Assembly (NCBI GenBank): GCA_963767005.1
Contig: CAVYCN010000002.1
Location: 320,001 to 384,000, forward strand
Length of the DNA: 64,000 nucleotides
Direction: 5' to 3'
Origin: an uncultured Actinomycetes bacterium
GTDB taxonomy: Bacteria > Actinomycetota > Thermoleophilia > UBA2241
The notes below the pieces were generated by a model that did not search any database, was not told where the DNA came from, and saw only the letters and a list, made by a program, of their open reading frames with translations. Below are positions 62,042-64,000 of this stretch, piece after piece. The first letter of the stretch is position 1, and the number at the start of each line of letters is the position of its first letter. The position numbers and the translations under genes were made by a program.

Positions 62042-64000
62042 ATGCCCACATCGCGCACCACGTCATCGACCGCCGGGCGTCGCCGCCCGGCTACGGGGTC
62101 GTCGCGGCGCGGCCGCCCGGTTACGCCGCGTCGCGTCCGGCGTGCGGCGCCCTCGTCGGTCCGCCGTCGAGCTCGCCGGGGCGAGCTCGCCGCGCTGATC
62201 TGCGGCGCACTGGCCGTCTTTCTCGTCTGCGTCCTCTACCTGGGCTGGCACGGCGGCACGCTGGGGCACTGGCTGGTCCACGGACTGCGCCTGCTGGTGG
62301 GATTCCTCGCCTATCTCACGCCGTTCCTGCTCGGCTACGTGGCCGTGCTGCTCGCCGTGCGGCGTGACCGCCGCCCGTCGGGCGAGGTCACGGTCGGCGT
62401 CATCGTCCTCTGTCTCGCCTTCGGCCTCGCCGCCGCGGCCGACACCTTCGGCCTGTTCGGCGGCGCGCGGCCGGGCCGCACGTTCGTCACGTCGTACATG
62501 CAGGGCCACGGCGGCCTGCTCGGAGAGGGGATGTGGGCCCTGCTCCACGTCGTCATCGGTGGCGTGGGCATCGCCGTGCTCGTCGTCGTGGCCACCGTCG
62601 CCGGCCTGCTGCTCGTGACGGGCTCGTCGCTAGGGCTCTGGGCGAGCCGCTCACGGCGCGGCGTCGTGGCCGCCGGCGATGTCGCGCGACGCTCGGCGCG
62701 CACCCTGGGCGCGCGCCGCGAAGCCGCGGCCGAGCTCCGCCGCCGCGACGCGACCGTCGCGACGGGCCCGCGTCCGTTCGAGCACGCGGAGCCTGAGCGC
62801 GTGACGCTGATCGACGGCGCCCGCGACCTGCCCGACGACTACGGTCCGGCCACCGTGGCCGACACGCCGGCCGTCGTCTTCACGCGGCCGCGACCCGAGC
62901 CACGTCCCGTCGAGCGGGTCGAGGCCGACGACCCCGGCGAGCAGCTGTCGCTCGCGGGTGAGGCAGAGGAGGCCGGCGACGAGGCCGGCGCGGTCGCCTT
63001 CGAGGCGCCGGCCGAGCGCCCGTGGCTGTTGCCCGATCCGAGCCTGCTGCAGCGCACCAAGGCGGGCGAGGGCGAGGCCAAGGCCGTGATCGCCTCGGTC
63101 GCCACCCAGCTCACGGAGACCCTCGGCCACTTCGGCGTCGAGGCACGCGTCATCAACACGATCTCCGGGCCGCGCGTCACGCAGTACGAGCTGCAGCTCG
63201 CGCCCGGCACCAAGGTGAGCCGCGTCGCCTCGCTGCGCGACGACATCGCCTACGCCTTGGCCGCCACCGAGATTCGCGTGCAGGCGCCGATCCCGGGCAA
63301 GTCGGCGGTCGGTGTCGAGGTGCCCAACCGCGAGCCCAACTGGGTCAGCCTCGGCGACATCTACGGCGACCTGCCGGTGAACGCCTCGCCGCTTGCCATG
63401 TGGATCGGCAAGGACATCACCGGCAAGCCGGTGCTGGCCGACCTGACGCGCCTCATCCACGTGCTGATCGCCGGTACGACCGGCTCCGGCAAGAGCGCCT
63501 GCCTGAACGCGATCGTGAGCTCGATCCTGCTGCGCGCCACGCCCGACCAGGTGCGCTTCATCATGATCGACCCCAAGAAGGTCGAGCTCTCGCACTTCGA
63601 CGGCGTACCGCACCTGCTGGCGCCGGTGGTCACCAACGTGCGCAACGCCGGCGGCGTGCTCACCACGATCATCCACGAGATGGAGCGGCGTTACGAGCTC
63701 ATGATGCGCACCGGCAACGCCCGCGACCTGCGCGAGCTGAACAAGCGCCTCGTCGCCGGCGGCGAGAAGCCGCTACCCTACATCGTCATCGTCATGGACG
63801 AGCTCGCCGACCTCATGATGGTGGCTCCGGCCGAGGTCGAGCACGCCGTGATCCGGCTCGGTCAGCTCGCCCGGGCGGTGGGCATGCACCTCGTCGTGGC
63901 CACCCAGCGCCCGTCCGTCGATGTCGTCACCGGGCTCATCAAGACCAACATCCCGTCGCGGATCGCCTTCAAGGTGTCGTCGCAGACGGACTCGCGCGTG
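62042..64000 (+). CDS. ftsK: DNA translocase FtsK (3'-truncated; absent from the ORF track)
   Basis: ATG 62042; TM region; GPRVTQYE, APIPGKSAVGVEVPN, Walker A GTTGSGKS, MIDPK, DELADLM and ATQRPSVDV motifs. Confidence 0.95.
   Translation, partial: MPTSRTTSSTAGRRRPATGSSRRGRPVTPRRVRRAAPSSVRRRARRGELAALICGALAVFLVCVLYLGWHGGTLGHWLVHGLRLLVGFLAYLTPFLLGYVAVLLAVRRDRRPSGEVTVGVIVLCLAFGLAAAADTFGLFGGARPGRTFVTSYMQGHGGLLGEGMWALLHVVIGGVGIAVLVVVATVAGLLLVTGSSLGLWASRSRRGVVAAGDVARRSARTLGARREAAAELRRRDATVATGPRPFEHAEPERVTLIDGARDLPDDYGPATVADTPAVVFTRPRPEPRPVERVEADDPGEQLSLAGEAEEAGDEAGAVAFEAPAERPWLLPDPSLLQRTKAGEGEAKAVIASVATQLTETLGHFGVEARVINTISGPRVTQYELQLAPGTKVSRVASLRDDIAYALAATEIRVQAPIPGKSAVGVEVPNREPNWVSLGDIYGDLPVNASPLAMWIGKDITGKPVLADLTRLIHVLIAGTTGSGKSACLNAIVSSILLRATPDQVRFIMIDPKKVELSHFDGVPHLLAPVVTNVRNAGGVLTTIIHEMERRYELMMRTGNARDLRELNKRLVAGGEKPLPYIVIVMDELADLMMVAPAEVEHAVIRLGQLARAVGMHLVVATQRPSVDVVTGLIKTNIPSRIAFKVSSQTDSRV

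Overview
High-GC bacterial chromosome segment, almost all housekeeping genes on the + strand. The mIHF gene and actinobacterial-type RpoZ, together with Bacillota-like synteny (rpmB-asp23-fakA-fakB-recG, pyrK-pyrD, FMN and PyrR leaders), suggest a deep-branching Actinomycetota such as Thermoleophilia; this is inference. Gene order: tkt(partial)-der-plsY-gpsA, an accessory insert, SAM-I riboswitch-metK-priA-def-fmt-rsmB-rpe, FMN riboswitch-ribDE(BA)H, rpmB, DUF1858-asp23-fakA-fakB-recG-cca, pgeF-yggS-sepF-proC-yggT-divIVA-DUF167-lspA-rluD, PyrR leader-pyrRBC-carAB-pyrKD, mihF-gmk-rpoZ-coaBC-HD-TPR, htpX-lemA, an L,D-transpeptidase, a Zn-ribbon gene, rimP-nusA-ylxR-infB-DUF503-rbfA-nrnA-truB-ribF-rpsO-pnp-M16-dapB-dapA-rnj-ftsK(partial). 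The main anomaly is a ~1 kb insert (4349-5310) between gpsA and the metK leader. It looks like an integrase-less integron cassette array: an attI-like region, one complete cassette with a textbook attC, and a second degenerate attC. Also notable are a SAM-I riboswitch with an extra inserted hairpin, non-canonical start codons (CTG for rpsO, ATC for the M16 peptidase), several leaderless genes, and a sigma28-like promoter on a small Zn-ribbon gene.
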